The position numbers and the translations under genes are program-made. 64,000 nucleotides of DNA from contig CBDDDZ010000005.1 in assembly GCA_965226795.1 (NCBI GenBank), positions 2,016,001 through 2,080,000 on the forward strand. The letters run 5' to 3'. The notes below the pieces were generated by a model. That model did no database searches, was not told where the DNA came from, and saw nothing but the letters and a program-made list of their open reading frames with translations. The stretch comes from Candidatus Latescibacterota bacterium. Lineage in GTDB: Bacteria > Latescibacterota > UBA2968 > GCA-2709665. Position 1 is the stretch's first letter, and every line of letters starts with the position of its first letter. Shown in pieces: positions 46,036 through 56,149 of the stretch.

Positions 46036-46899
46036 CTACCGGATAAATCCCTCCAGATACGCCTTCGCCGCCAGCAGCCCCTCCTGATTCAACGCCGTGT
46101 TACCCATATAACGATCGTCTTCCAGCTCAATTGCAAGCGGCCCATCGTAGCCGAATTCTTCGAGCCGCGCGACGATCCAAACCCAGTCTGCGTCGCCCCA
46201 TCCTGGAATACAGTACCGCCACCAGCCTTCCCCGTGTCCATATCTCCTGCCGAAACTCTGGCCGAGGCTGCCGTAAAGGTACATGCCGTCGGCCAGCAGT
46301 TCCGTATCTTTAGCATGCACGTGACGGACGCGGTTGCCGAATTCCATCAACAGGCGCTGATAATCCACACCGATCCGGATGAAATGCGAGGGATCATAGC
46401 AGATCCCCAGATGAGGCGAAGGCACAACCTTAAAGATGGCCCGAAGCGTCTCGGGTGTACATCCCAGATTGCCGTAGGTGGGGGCTCCACCGGGGTAGGG
46501 TTCGATGGCAAGAAACACACCCTGCTGTTCCGCGTAATCCACCACACCGGGATAGACCTCTTTGAAGATCTCGAAACTCTCGGACCGGGATTGCAGGCGG
46601 TCGTCCGGCGCCAGGCACAGAAACACCACCCCGGAACCGTGGGCGCCCGTTGCGCGAATGCGCCGCTTCATCGCCGTGACCGCCCCGCGCCGCACCTGAG
46701 CGTCTTTGCTCAGCAAAGCGCCTCCCACGCCCCAATCGACGGTACCGATCGCCAATTCCGATTTGTCGAAAATCCGCCGAACCCTGGCGTCGACTTCCGG
46801 CACATCCACAGATCCGAATCCGCATTCGCTGGCCCAGGCCACCACACCCTCGAGACCCAGTTCCCTTCCCATCGGTGGAATCCGCATCCCAACGTGCAT
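46036..46899 (-). CDS. Sugar phosphate isomerase/epimerase (TIM barrel)
   Basis: Motifs LAIEP, YDPSH, HVHAKD, IPGWG, AIELED. Confidence 0.9.
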   Translation of the reverse strand: MHVGMRIPPMGRELGLEGVVAWASECGFGSVDVPEVDARVRRIFDKSELAIGTVDWGVGGALLSKDAQVRRGAVTAMKRRIRATGAHGSGVVFLCLAPDDRLQSRSESFEIFKEVYPGVVDYAEQQGVFLAIEPYPGGAPTYGNLGCTPETLRAIFKVVPSPHLGICYDPSHFIRIGVDYQRLLMEFGNRVRHVHAKDTELLADGMYLYGSLGQSFGRRYGHGEGWWRYCIPGWGDADWVWIVARLEEFGYDGPLAIELEDDRYMGNTALNQEGLLAAKAYLEGFIR

Positions 46900-47100
46900 A
46901 ACAACCTCCGTGAAAATCGTGAGTAAGTCGGCGGGCGGCGGCGGGCGGAAAGCGCCTCTGAACCGGCGGAAGCGCTTTCGAGGCCCTCCACTCGGACGAG
47001 CCCGTCCGAAGCCGGCGTACGTGGAAATTCCCTCAGACGTGCCCTGTACACGGCAATGAACGGCTGGATTCCAATGTTCCGTCCGTTGCGGGACGCTGTT

Positions 47101-48006
47101 CTAAACCGTCCACAGGTCGCGGATGTCGGAAAGAATCGCATCCAGTTCGAGGTGGTCGAGCGAATCCAGCGGCCTGGTCATTGGCGCCCGCACATAAGCC
47201 GAGCGGATCACCCCCCGGCGGCGCAGCACTTCCTTGTATGCGTGCACACTGTGAAGCATCTCGAAATTCAAAAGCGGCAGCAGGCGGTTGAATACCTCAC
47301 GGGCGCCCGACGCGTCGCCCGCCTGATAGACATTCCAAACTGCGGCATGTACGTCGGTTACGTCGCAGGCAGGCATCGTTCCGGCGGCCCCCCGCCGCAT
47401 CTCATCCAACATGTACCTACCTGCCGCACCCCCGAACACGCCCTCCACCGAATCCCCGCAGGCGGCAATGTCCGCCGTAACGGAATGGGTAACCGGGGGG
47501 ACTTCCTCCTTGATGTAAAGCACGCGTTCAATCTCGCGGGCAAGCCGACCCAACAACGCGGGTGACATCGGCACCCCGATCGGCAACGGATAGTTCTGGA
47601 TGAAAATCGGCAGTCCCGTCGCCCTGGAAAGCGCCTCGTAATACGCCCTCACGCGATCGGCCGGGGGCTTGGATATATAGGGCGGCATTGCAATCAGGGC
47701 GTCGGCCCCCGCATCCTCGGCATGTTTCGCGATCCACACGGCCACCTGGGCGCTCACCCCGGACACACCGGCGACGAAAGGCAACCGACCGTGCACCGTC
47801 CTGCCAACGATCTCGATTACCCGCAACCGTTCCGGATCGGACAACGCGCTGAATTCGCTCGCATTCACGGGCGCGACCAATCCGTGCGCTCCCGCCGCGA
47901 TCGAAAACTCCACCTCGGCCTTCAACCCCGCTTCATCCAGCGAACCATCGTCCAAAAATGGTGTTGTCAGGATGACATACACCCCCCGAAACGGCCGCCC
48001 AGCCAT
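47101..48006 (-). CDS. Dihydrodipicolinate synthase family lyase
   Basis: Motifs TPF..DG.LD, ASEF..LS..ER, AMPPY, YIKEE. Confidence 0.92.
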   Translation of the reverse strand: MAGRPFRGVYVILTTPFLDDGSLDEAGLKAEVEFSIAAGAHGLVAPVNASEFSALSDPERLRVIEIVGRTVHGRLPFVAGVSGVSAQVAVWIAKHAEDAGADALIAMPPYISKPPADRVRAYYEALSRATGLPIFIQNYPLPIGVPMSPALLGRLAREIERVLYIKEEVPPVTHSVTADIAACGDSVEGVFGGAAGRYMLDEMRRGAAGTMPACDVTDVHAAVWNVYQAGDASGAREVFNRLLPLLNFEMLHSVHAYKEVLRRRGVIRSAYVRAPMTRPLDSLDHLELDAILSDIRDLWTV

Positions 48007-48100
48007 TCATCTCCCTTTCGTTCGCAATTATCGTTCAACCTCAAACCATGGTAAGGCGGAGATAACAGATGTCAAGCGGAAAATCCCCGCGATATTTCGA

Positions 48101-48129
48101 TTGACACACCCCGGACCCCGACCTACCAT
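48101..48129 (+). promoter_or_regulatory. Sigma70-like promoter
   Basis: TTGACA-17-TACCAT. Confidence 0.65.
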
Positions 48130-48163
48130 ACCCAATCAACATGCGTGAACCCCTCTCCCCGCG

Positions 48164-48907
48164 TTGCCGATGCAGATCGACCCGCAAAAACTCCATGAAC
48201 TGCGCAGCTTCATGAACGCGCTCTCACCCACTGATCCACCGCGGGCGGCCTTTTTGCGACGGGCGATGAAGGGTCTCAACCGGCCAGGCGGCAACCTGGT
48301 CGTGATGGATGCCTCCTTTAATCCGATGACCGTCGCCCACGAAGCCATGCTGAAACGAGCGTCGGAAACGTGCCGGGCCGGCGAAGCCCTGCTATTGCTA
48401 TCTCACGCAAATGTCGACAAGACCATCTATGGAGCATCTCTGGCGCAGCGTCTGGCCATGCTCGACCATTACGCAGAACCCTGTCGAAGCATCTCCGTTG
48501 CCGGTTGCAGCCACGCCAGATTTGTCGATAAAGCAAGCGCCCTTCGCCCCATCTATCCCGAATCGACCGGACTGTTCTTCGTGGTAGGATACGACACCCT
48601 GTTGCGGCTGTTCGACCCCAGGTACTATATCGATATGGCGGATGAACTATCCGCGCTTTTCGACGTCGCCCACATCGTCGCCGCCAACCGCGACAATATC
48701 GACCCGGAAGCCGTGCGAAGGCTGGCGAACAGCCCGGAATATGCCGCATTTTCCGACAGAATCCATTTCATCAGGCTGGACGGCGTTCATTCACGGATAT
48801 CCTCCACGGAAGTCCGGGAGTTAAAAAGAAAGTGCATGGCAATCGGTCACCTGGTTCCGCCCCGCATCGCAGACGCCATCGATGCGTTGAACCTGTATCG
48901 CGCCTGA
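48164..48907 (+). CDS. Nicotinamide-nucleotide adenylyltransferase-like protein (Pof1-like cytidylyltransferase fold)
   Basis: Motifs DASFNPMTVAH, LLLSHANVDK, RFVDK, VGYDTLLRLFDPRYY, ISSTEVR. Confidence 0.85.
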   Translation: MPMQIDPQKLHELRSFMNALSPTDPPRAAFLRRAMKGLNRPGGNLVVMDASFNPMTVAHEAMLKRASETCRAGEALLLLSHANVDKTIYGASLAQRLAMLDHYAEPCRSISVAGCSHARFVDKASALRPIYPESTGLFFVVGYDTLLRLFDPRYYIDMADELSALFDVAHIVAANRDNIDPEAVRRLANSPEYAAFSDRIHFIRLDGVHSRISSTEVRELKRKCMAIGHLVPPRIADAIDALNLYRA

Positions 48908-49025
48908 GGGTCAACGGACGCGTAACAGCGCCGACGAACGGCGACCGGCGCCTTTTCCTGCACCTGTAACCCCCGCTTCACTTTTGACTGAATAAACGCT
49001 TCAAGGTTCCATAGGAGGAACGTAC

Positions 49026-50657
49026 ATGAACGGTGCGGATCTGCTGGTGGCCGAACTCAAGAAAAAAAGTGTCGCCTTTATCGCAACCCTCTGCGGCCAC
49101 GGGCTTGACGATCTGGACGACGCCTGCGACCGGGCGGGAATGCGGCTTGTCGACGTGCGTAACGAACAGGCCGCGGGATATATCGCCGAAGCCGTCGGAC
49201 GCCTCAGCCGCACCGTGGGCGTCTGCGCCGTCAGCAGCGGCGTCGCGCACGTCAACGCGCTCACAGGTGTCTGCAACGCCCACTTCGACGGCGCGCCGAT
49301 GCTGCTCATCACCGGGAGCGGCCCCGCCGGCACCGCCGGACTCGGCCACTTTCAGGATCTGGACCAGGTTGCCATCGCGGAACCGCTGTGCAAATACGCG
49401 AGAACCATCCACCATCCGGAGCGTATCCCGCAGACTCTTCACGAGGCCTTTGAAGCCGCCATATCCGGCAGGCCCGGACCCGTACACCTCACCGTCCCGC
49501 AGAACGTCCTGAGCGCCGAAGTTCACGCCGACGCCGTCCTGCGCGTTCACGACTCCAGCCATCCCACCCCCACCGTGGCATCGGGGCATCCGGGAGAAAT
49601 CGACCGAATCGCCGACCTGCTTGCACGCTCCGACCGCCCCCTTCTGGTGGCCGGGAGCGGAACGCACTATGCGGGCGGCAATACGGCGCTGGTGGAGTTC
49701 ACCCGCGCCCTGGCCGTTCCGGTAACGGTGCCGATCTGGGACCGGGGCGCCATCCCGCAGCCCATTGAGACGTTTATGGGCGTTGTCGGCGCCGCGAGCG
49801 GCGGCCCCCGGCTCCTGCCGGATGCGGACCTGGTACTGCTGGCCGGCGCGGCCTGCGACTACCGGGTCGGCTACCTCCAGCCGCCCGCCGTGCACCCCGA
49901 GGCAACCATTGTGCGCATCCACGCGGATGCCTTCTACGTCAATCAGGGAATTGGCGCCCACCTGCGCGTGGCGGCCGATCCGGGTTCCGCGCTCGCCCAG
50001 TTGACCGAAGCCGCGCGTTCAAAAAAAATCGCGCCCAAGACGGCCTGGCTCCAGGAAGCCGCCAGGCGCCGAAAAGCGTTTCGCCGGGAGTGTCTTGCCG
50101 CCCGAAAGGGAAACGGCCTGCACGCGATCGACATCCTCAGCGCCGTTCAGGCCGTCCTGACCGACGACACCGTTATCATTGTCGACGGCGGCAACATCGG
50201 GCAGTGGGCGCACCAGATCCTCTGCGACCGATATCCCGGCCACTGGCTCACCTGCGGCGCCAGCGGCGTTGTGGGCTTCGGTATTCCGGGAGCGATGGGC
50301 GCCCGCCTGCTATACCCGGAACGTCCCGTTATCCTCATCTCGGGCGATGGCGCGCTCACATTCACCGTTGCCGAACTCGAGGCCGCCGCCCGCCAGAATC
50401 TGCCCTTTGTGGTCCTTCTCGCCGACGACGAAGCCTGGGGAATCACACTCGCCGGACACGAGGCGCGTTACGGCCGCGGGATTACTTCCGAACTGGGTCC
50501 GATCGACTACGCGGGAATGGCGGAAGCCTTTGGCGCCAGGGGAATTCGCATTGAACACGCCGGCCAGATCCTTCCCGCGTTGCGGGACGGGCTGTGCGCG
50601 GCGCTGCCTACGCTCATTCACGTGCCTGTTGCACGGAGCAGTCCCACCGACAGATAG
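49026..50657 (+). CDS. Thiamine pyrophosphate-binding enzyme (acetolactate synthase-like)
   Basis: Motifs DVRNEQAA, FQDLDQ, GRPGPVHL, SGDGA. AGGAGG RBS. Confidence 0.92.
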   Translation: MNGADLLVAELKKKSVAFIATLCGHGLDDLDDACDRAGMRLVDVRNEQAAGYIAEAVGRLSRTVGVCAVSSGVAHVNALTGVCNAHFDGAPMLLITGSGPAGTAGLGHFQDLDQVAIAEPLCKYARTIHHPERIPQTLHEAFEAAISGRPGPVHLTVPQNVLSAEVHADAVLRVHDSSHPTPTVASGHPGEIDRIADLLARSDRPLLVAGSGTHYAGGNTALVEFTRALAVPVTVPIWDRGAIPQPIETFMGVVGAASGGPRLLPDADLVLLAGAACDYRVGYLQPPAVHPEATIVRIHADAFYVNQGIGAHLRVAADPGSALAQLTEAARSKKIAPKTAWLQEAARRRKAFRRECLAARKGNGLHAIDILSAVQAVLTDDTVIIVDGGNIGQWAHQILCDRYPGHWLTCGASGVVGFGIPGAMGARLLYPERPVILISGDGALTFTVAELEAAARQNLPFVVLLADDEAWGITLAGHEARYGRGITSELGPIDYAGMAEAFGARGIRIEHAGQILPALRDGLCAALPTLIHVPVARSSPTDR

Positions 50658-50698
50658 GCCGGCAGCCCATCGGGCGAGGGATTTTGCATGCTTCGGAT

Positions 50699-52807
50699 TC
50701 ACATCACGCCGTACCAGCCGTACTGATCATCGGGAACCAGCACGAAATTGGACCGTACCGCGGGATACCAGGTATCCGGATTCCTTTTCCGATGATCGTC
50801 CACGGCGCGCACCTCCACAAAATACATCCGATTGGCCTCCGACACCTTCCACACAATCGACGTGTCTCCGGTCGTTTCCGACATCACTTCCTCCCGACAC
50901 GCTCGATCCGAGAAGACGCGCACGTCGTACTCTATCCTGCCACCACCCATCTTTATCGACCGCGCCCAATTGATCCGGACCTCCTTCCCGCCCACCCGCT
51001 GTGCCGGCAATGGCTGGGGGAATGTTGGCGGATGGGCCTTCTCGGCCCCCAGATAGTACGAGTAATACGGCTCCGACCCCCAGATGCCGAAAACGTAACC
51101 CAGAATCCAGAACCGGTCTTCGCTTTCGAGCAACTCAGGATCATACGCAAAACATTCCTGTGCAAAGCCATCGGCGAAATAAATATCCGACTTCAGTTCG
51201 GCCACGGACAACACCCTACCGGCTTTTTGCGGCTGATTGGCGCCGAAAAACAGCGCGTCCACGATATGATCGCTCCCGTCATACGTCGCCTCCGCAACCA
51301 CGTGGTGGGAAAGACCCACCGTCCGCACAGGGATGCCGAGCGCCTCCAGAATAGCCACCGTAACCGCAACGCCCTGCCCGCACCGTGCATCGTGCCCCTC
51401 CAGAATGGCCACCGGATCCTGTGTTTCAGGAATCTGGATCGGATTGTAATACAGCGCCCGATTCACGTAACCCGCTACCCGACTGACCGCATCCGCGTCC
51501 GAAGACGCTCCGCCTGTAATGGTTTCGGCAAGATGCCCGAGGTACTCCGCCTTGTCGGTTCCGGACGCGCGGCGGATCAACTCGGCCTCCTTCCCCGGCG
51601 GGTAAGCCGTAGCCGGACCCTCCATATTCACTATGGGCGGCGTCCACGGCTTGTGCGGCAGATAGAGCGACCGTTCTGCACCGTACGTGCGACGGTAGTT
51701 GCCCAGATGCGCCCGCCTGTCGAACGCCGTGTCCGGAATTCCGAAACCCGGTTCCTGCGCGGCAGGTTCGCTCTGCAGGACGATCCATGACCCGAAGATA
51801 TCTCCCAGTTTCCCGGGCTGCGCATAGGGTATTATTGTGCCCGTAATGACGAACCGCTCGCCGTCCGTCCAGTGATAACAAAGCAGCGGGACCCCGTCCC
51901 GTTGTTCCGCGGCCACCAGGTAGTCGAACGCCACCGTATCCGGATCAAATATCAGAAATCGATCCAGAAACCTCGGCGGCATGCCGTCAATCGTCAACGG
52001 CCCGTCCGGAATCACGATCCGACCCGTATTCGGATCCAGCCGGCTCGGATGCATATAATTGCTCAAGCAGATATACGCGCGGCCCTGGAACCCGAACCCT
52101 CCACCCATGAAACCGTAGATCCTTCCGTGATCCGGCGTCGAAATCCCGTCCTCCCACCGGCCCCGACCCGGTTCCAGCGGAAAAATCCGTCCCCTTGCCG
52201 TATCCCAGACATAAAGCACGCCGCGGTGTACGAGGGACCCCGACAACGCGGCATCCGGGTAGGGACCGGGGCGCTCGTCGACGAACCGCTCCGTGTGGGG
52301 ATCGAACCTGATGATTCGGGACGGTTCGCTCATTGGCGAATAGACCATCCCCTCAACGCACCATCCGCCTGCCAGCTGCCCCTCAAACGGACAGTCCACA
52401 ACACGCGGCTTTGCCAGCGGGCCATCCAGAACCAGCACCCTGGATGCCGAGCGCTCGAAGAGCAACACCTTTCCGCACGGTGTCTTTACTCCGTACCACA
52501 CGATTGGCCGGGTTCCGGGGATTTCCCGCCTTTCGCAGGTGCGCCGGACGTGGTCATAAACCAGGTAGTACGGCGCGTCGCCCAGGGTGAGCACCAGCTT
52601 ATCTTCCCAGGCAATGACCTGGACGACCGATCGATCCGCCATATGCGGCACGGGAATCTGAACCGTCTCCGCCGTACGTAAATTATGACCCGTCAATCGG
52701 TTGCGTCCACATCCCTCCCAAAGCCAATCCGCGCTGTCCACGTCAACCCCGAACGGCCTTCCGGTTTGAATCTCGTCGTGCCTGTACATCCACATCTGAT
52801 TTCTCAT
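50699..52807 (-). CDS. Hypothetical protein: beta-propeller-like, transglutaminase-like and FN3-like domains
   Basis: ARCGQG / HHVVAEATYDG / HIVDA form a putative Cys-His-Asp triad. C-terminal W...Y.V...YFVEVRAVD. Start uncertain. Confidence 0.65.
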   Translation of the reverse strand: MRNQMWMYRHDEIQTGRPFGVDVDSADWLWEGCGRNRLTGHNLRTAETVQIPVPHMADRSVVQVIAWEDKLVLTLGDAPYYLVYDHVRRTCERREIPGTRPIVWYGVKTPCGKVLLFERSASRVLVLDGPLAKPRVVDCPFEGQLAGGWCVEGMVYSPMSEPSRIIRFDPHTERFVDERPGPYPDAALSGSLVHRGVLYVWDTARGRIFPLEPGRGRWEDGISTPDHGRIYGFMGGGFGFQGRAYICLSNYMHPSRLDPNTGRIVIPDGPLTIDGMPPRFLDRFLIFDPDTVAFDYLVAAEQRDGVPLLCYHWTDGERFVITGTIIPYAQPGKLGDIFGSWIVLQSEPAAQEPGFGIPDTAFDRRAHLGNYRRTYGAERSLYLPHKPWTPPIVNMEGPATAYPPGKEAELIRRASGTDKAEYLGHLAETITGGASSDADAVSRVAGYVNRALYYNPIQIPETQDPVAILEGHDARCGQGVAVTVAILEALGIPVRTVGLSHHVVAEATYDGSDHIVDALFFGANQPQKAGRVLSVAELKSDIYFADGFAQECFAYDPELLESEDRFWILGYVFGIWGSEPYYSYYLGAEKAHPPTFPQPLPAQRVGGKEVRINWARSIKMGGGRIEYDVRVFSDRACREEVMSETTGDTSIVWKVSEANRMYFVEVRAVDDHRKRNPDTWYPAVRSNFVLVPDDQYGWYGVM

Positions 52808-53006
52808 CAATTTCCCCCTCGCTGGCCGCGGCATCCGTCAACCCCCCTTCCTGGGAGCAGGAAGCGTAGGCGCCCAAAGGACACCCCGGCCCTCAAACCC
52901 ATTGACAAATCAAAAAAACCGGCTAATTTATGCCATAATTCAAATTTCGCCACCTTCCGCTCAATGCTGAATTCGAACGTGTCATTTCACATCAGCGAGG
53001 CGCAAT

Positions 53007-53693
53007 ATGGGTGTGATTACCGTCTCAAGAGAATACGGCAGCGACGGACGATCGGTCGCTCAGAAAGCAGCGGACCTGCTGGGTTATCTTTGCATGAACA
53101 AAGACCTGCTGGTGGAAGTGGCCAACGAAGCCCAGGTCCCGGTCTCCGAAGCCGAACGCTTTGACGAACGTCCTGAACATCCCGCTATGCGCGTGATTCG
53201 GAAATTCCTCACGCCCGGGCACCCTGAGGCCATCACGGGCCTCTCGGAGTACGAATGGTGCGTGACCGCCACGGTGCCCGAACTGACAAGCCAAACCGAT
53301 TCCGGTTTTCCTTTACCGGACGAAGAGGCCTTTGTCAACATCACGCGCGAAGTCATCACGCGTCTGGCCGAGCGGGACAACGTGGTCCTGGTGGGCCGGG
53401 GCGGACAGGTCCTGCTGAGAGATCAGCCCGCCACGCTGCACCTGCGGGTGATCGCTCCGATCGACTATCGAATTCAGGTGGTCATGGAGCGGGAAGATCT
53501 GGAGTCCGACGTTGCTGCGAAACGCATCCGAAGAATGGACGAATACAGGAAGCGCTATCTCAAAAGGCACTACGGAATTGCCTGGGACACCGCGGAAAAC
53601 TACCACCTGACGCTCAATACCGGCCAGACCGGAATCGAAGGCGCCGCCAGCATTGTCGCCGAAGCCATGCGGTATACAAGGAAGACACGGTGA
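53007..53693 (+). CDS. Cytidylate kinase-like family protein
   Basis: Motifs ITVSREYGSDG, VVLVGRGG, YHLTLNT. Confidence 0.9.
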   Translation: MGVITVSREYGSDGRSVAQKAADLLGYLCMNKDLLVEVANEAQVPVSEAERFDERPEHPAMRVIRKFLTPGHPEAITGLSEYEWCVTATVPELTSQTDSGFPLPDEEAFVNITREVITRLAERDNVVLVGRGGQVLLRDQPATLHLRVIAPIDYRIQVVMEREDLESDVAAKRIRRMDEYRKRYLKRHYGIAWDTAENYHLTLNTGQTGIEGAASIVAEAMRYTRKTR

Positions 53694-53783
53694 AACTGAA
53701 CGCGCGCCGTTCGGGATAATCGGAGAACGCACAATGACGCCCCGGGGATCTTCTCTCCAGGGCGTCTATTTTTTCTCTGCCCT

Positions 53784-54224
53784 CTAACCTTCTTCTCTGA
53801 GCGTCTCCACCAGCATCTCCAGCGCCGCGATATAACCCCGCCACTTGAATCCGGCAACCTGCCCCACCACGATGGCCGAAAAGCAGGAATGCCGTCGGAA
53901 CGCTTCCCGGGCATGAATATTGGACAGATGCACCTCCACCGCCGGCAGCCGGCTATCTTCGATCGAATCCCGCAGTGAATGGCCGAACCCGGTCAGCCCC
54001 GCCGGATTGAGAATGATCCCCTGTACACGATCCCTCTCCGCCTGGACCTTATCGACAAGAACGCCCTCGTGGTTGGACTGCAGGAACTCCAACTCGCAGC
54101 CCAACGCACGCGCCCGTTCCTCAAGCCGGGAGTGGATCTCGTCCAGCGTGACCAGACCATAATGGGCCGCCTTCCGTTTGCCCAGCATATTCAGATTCGG
54201 TCCCTGGAGCACAAGTATCTTCAT
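53784..54224 (-). CDS. aroQ: Type II 3-dehydroquinate dehydratase
   Basis: Motifs GPNLNMLGKR, QSNHEG, NPAG, EVHLSNIHARE. Confidence 0.96.
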   Translation of the reverse strand: MKILVLQGPNLNMLGKRKAAHYGLVTLDEIHSRLEERARALGCELEFLQSNHEGVLVDKVQAERDRVQGIILNPAGLTGFGHSLRDSIEDSRLPAVEVHLSNIHAREAFRRHSCFSAIVVGQVAGFKWRGYIAALEMLVETLREEG

Positions 54225-54347
54225 GACGACTTCTCCGTTGTCCAATCCGACGCGCGGCAATATCGGGTACGTTCACCGTTTCACGCAACGGCTTCAAGAC
54301 GCCTTCCGACCAGTAAACGGGTCCATCGATCGGAGGTTCCGTTCCGA

Positions 54348-54441
54348 CCCGTATTCTGTCCCGGAAATAGATTGCCGAAATTCGGCCGCCGAGTCGCCTG
54401 GCTCGCAAGGCGCCTGAGCGAGACGACCTGCGGAAGGTCGG
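54348..54441. repeat. MITE-like repeat copy 3 (left part)
   Basis: gtattctgtcccggaaatagattgccgaaattcggccgccgagtcgc...ggcgcctgagcgagacgacctgcggaaggtcgg. Confidence 0.85.
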
Positions 54442-54455
54442 ATAACGTGTTTCGA

Positions 54456-55529
54456 CTAAATGTACCCGGCGCGGTCCTCCTGCAGGGCCGCGACAACGTC
54501 TCTGACGCGCTGTGCCCGGTCGCGCCGACAGATCAACAGCGCATCGGGCGTATCTACGACCACCAGACCCTCGACGTCCACAAGGGCGATCAGTTTACCC
54601 TCGATACCATAGGCGGTTATATTCCTCGAATTCAGATTCAACACCTCGCCGGAAATCAGATTGCCCTCCGTGTCGACGGGAAGGACTTCGGTCAACGCGC
54701 CCCAGCTGCCGATATCGCTCCAGTCGATATCCGCCTCCAGGGTGGCCACCTTCGGGGCTCGTTCAATGATGGCATTGTCAATGGCCGCCTCCTTCATACG
54801 GGGATACTCTCGCTCGATCGCAGTCCGTTCCTCCCCAGTACCCACCGCCGACCGAATACGCATCAGAATACGATGGAGGTCCGGCTCGAACTGTTCGAAT
54901 AACGCCAGGACCGTGCGCGCCTTCCAGACGAACATGTTGCTGTTCCAGAGATAGTCGCCGCTCTCCACGTACCGGCTTGCCGTCTGTTCATCGGGTTTCT
55001 CCCTGAATCGCGCCACACGGTACACCGGCTCTCCGTTTACCCGCCTGGCGACCGCGCCCTTCTGGATATAACCGTATCCCGTTTCAACGCGGGTGGGTTT
55101 CACCCCTAGCGTAAACAGGGTATCCGGATCCTCCTCCGCGGCCTCTTCGGCCGCCCGTAGCAGACGGCAGAACTCCTCCGGCTTTCCTATATGGTGGTCC
55201 GAACCCAGGCTGGCCACCGTACAGCCGGGGTACCTGCTCTCGAGCAGCACGCATTCGAGGCCCACGGCCGGGCCGGTATTGCGCAGCGCCGGTTCGACAA
55301 TGAGGCCGGCCTCGGGCAGTTCCGGGAGCTGCTCCCGGACAAGGGCGGTCAGCTCGTTTCCCGTTGAAACGTGGAGGTCGCGGACGCCTACCAGCGGCCG
55401 GATCCGGTGCGCGGCCTGCTGCAACATGGTGTATTCGCCGACCATTCTGTGGAACTGCTTCGGCCGCGTTGTCCGGCTGAAGGGCCACAGGCGGGTGCCG
55501 AAACCGCCGGCCCGAATCACGAATTTCAT
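54456..55529 (-). CDS. manC: Mannose-1-phosphate guanylyltransferase
   Basis: Motifs AGGFGTRLWPFSR..PKQF, EPALRNT, SDH, TGYGYI, FREKP, WSDIGSW. Confidence 0.92.
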   Translation of the reverse strand: MKFVIRAGGFGTRLWPFSRTTRPKQFHRMVGEYTMLQQAAHRIRPLVGVRDLHVSTGNELTALVREQLPELPEAGLIVEPALRNTGPAVGLECVLLESRYPGCTVASLGSDHHIGKPEEFCRLLRAAEEAAEEDPDTLFTLGVKPTRVETGYGYIQKGAVARRVNGEPVYRVARFREKPDEQTASRYVESGDYLWNSNMFVWKARTVLALFEQFEPDLHRILMRIRSAVGTGEERTAIEREYPRMKEAAIDNAIIERAPKVATLEADIDWSDIGSWGALTEVLPVDTEGNLISGEVLNLNSRNITAYGIEGKLIALVDVEGLVVVDTPDALLICRRDRAQRVRDVVAALQEDRAGYI

Positions 55530-56059
55530 TGTATTTCCCGTTGCACGGGCAAACGCCCCAATGCCGACCGATTCACTTTCACGGCGCTTACGGCGCCACC
55601 GCACGTGGCGTCTTCCACCGCGAAATAGACGCCCGAAAATCCGGATTGATCCGCCTGAAGGACCAGATTCAGAGCATATCCGGCATTCTCTACCAGATCC
55701 AGGTCGTCGACGCGATCCAGCGCGACCCAGTGCAGCCGGCCTTCGCTGCAGGGACTTAACGCCTCACGATCGGTATGCCCCGTGAGAAACACCACGGTTG
55801 CAACGCCGCCATCTTCAGGCCGGGTCAACACGACCCGGATGTCGAGGTTTTCGACGTCCTCCGCTTCGATTCCGGCTTCCTCGCCCAGCTCCCGGAGCGC
55901 CGCCGCTTCCAGATTGGCCATTTCGTCCGGTTCCACCCGACCTCCGACCCCTGTCCAGCGGCCCGGCGCAAACCCCTTGTGAGGCGCGCGCTCAAGTAAC
56001 AAAACACGGTTTTTCCGAAACAGAAAAACCGCCACATAGACGTTGAGACCCGCACCCAT
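55526..56059 (-). CDS. NUDIX hydrolase
   Basis: Nudix box GGRVEPDE....AAALRELGEEAG. Confidence 0.88.
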   Translation of the reverse strand: MGAGLNVYVAVFLFRKNRVLLLERAPHKGFAPGRWTGVGGRVEPDEMANLEAAALRELGEEAGIEAEDVENLDIRVVLTRPEDGGVATVVFLTGHTDREALSPCSEGRLHWVALDRVDDLDLVENAGYALNLVLQADQSGFSGVYFAVEDATCGGAVSAVKVNRSALGRLPVQREIQ

Positions 56060-56149
56060 GACTGCCTTCCTCGAGATCGCCATCCGGGAACAGGAACAGC
56101 GGGGCGTCATGGTCCTCGGTCGTGCTCCGAACTCAGGACAGACCTGTGG

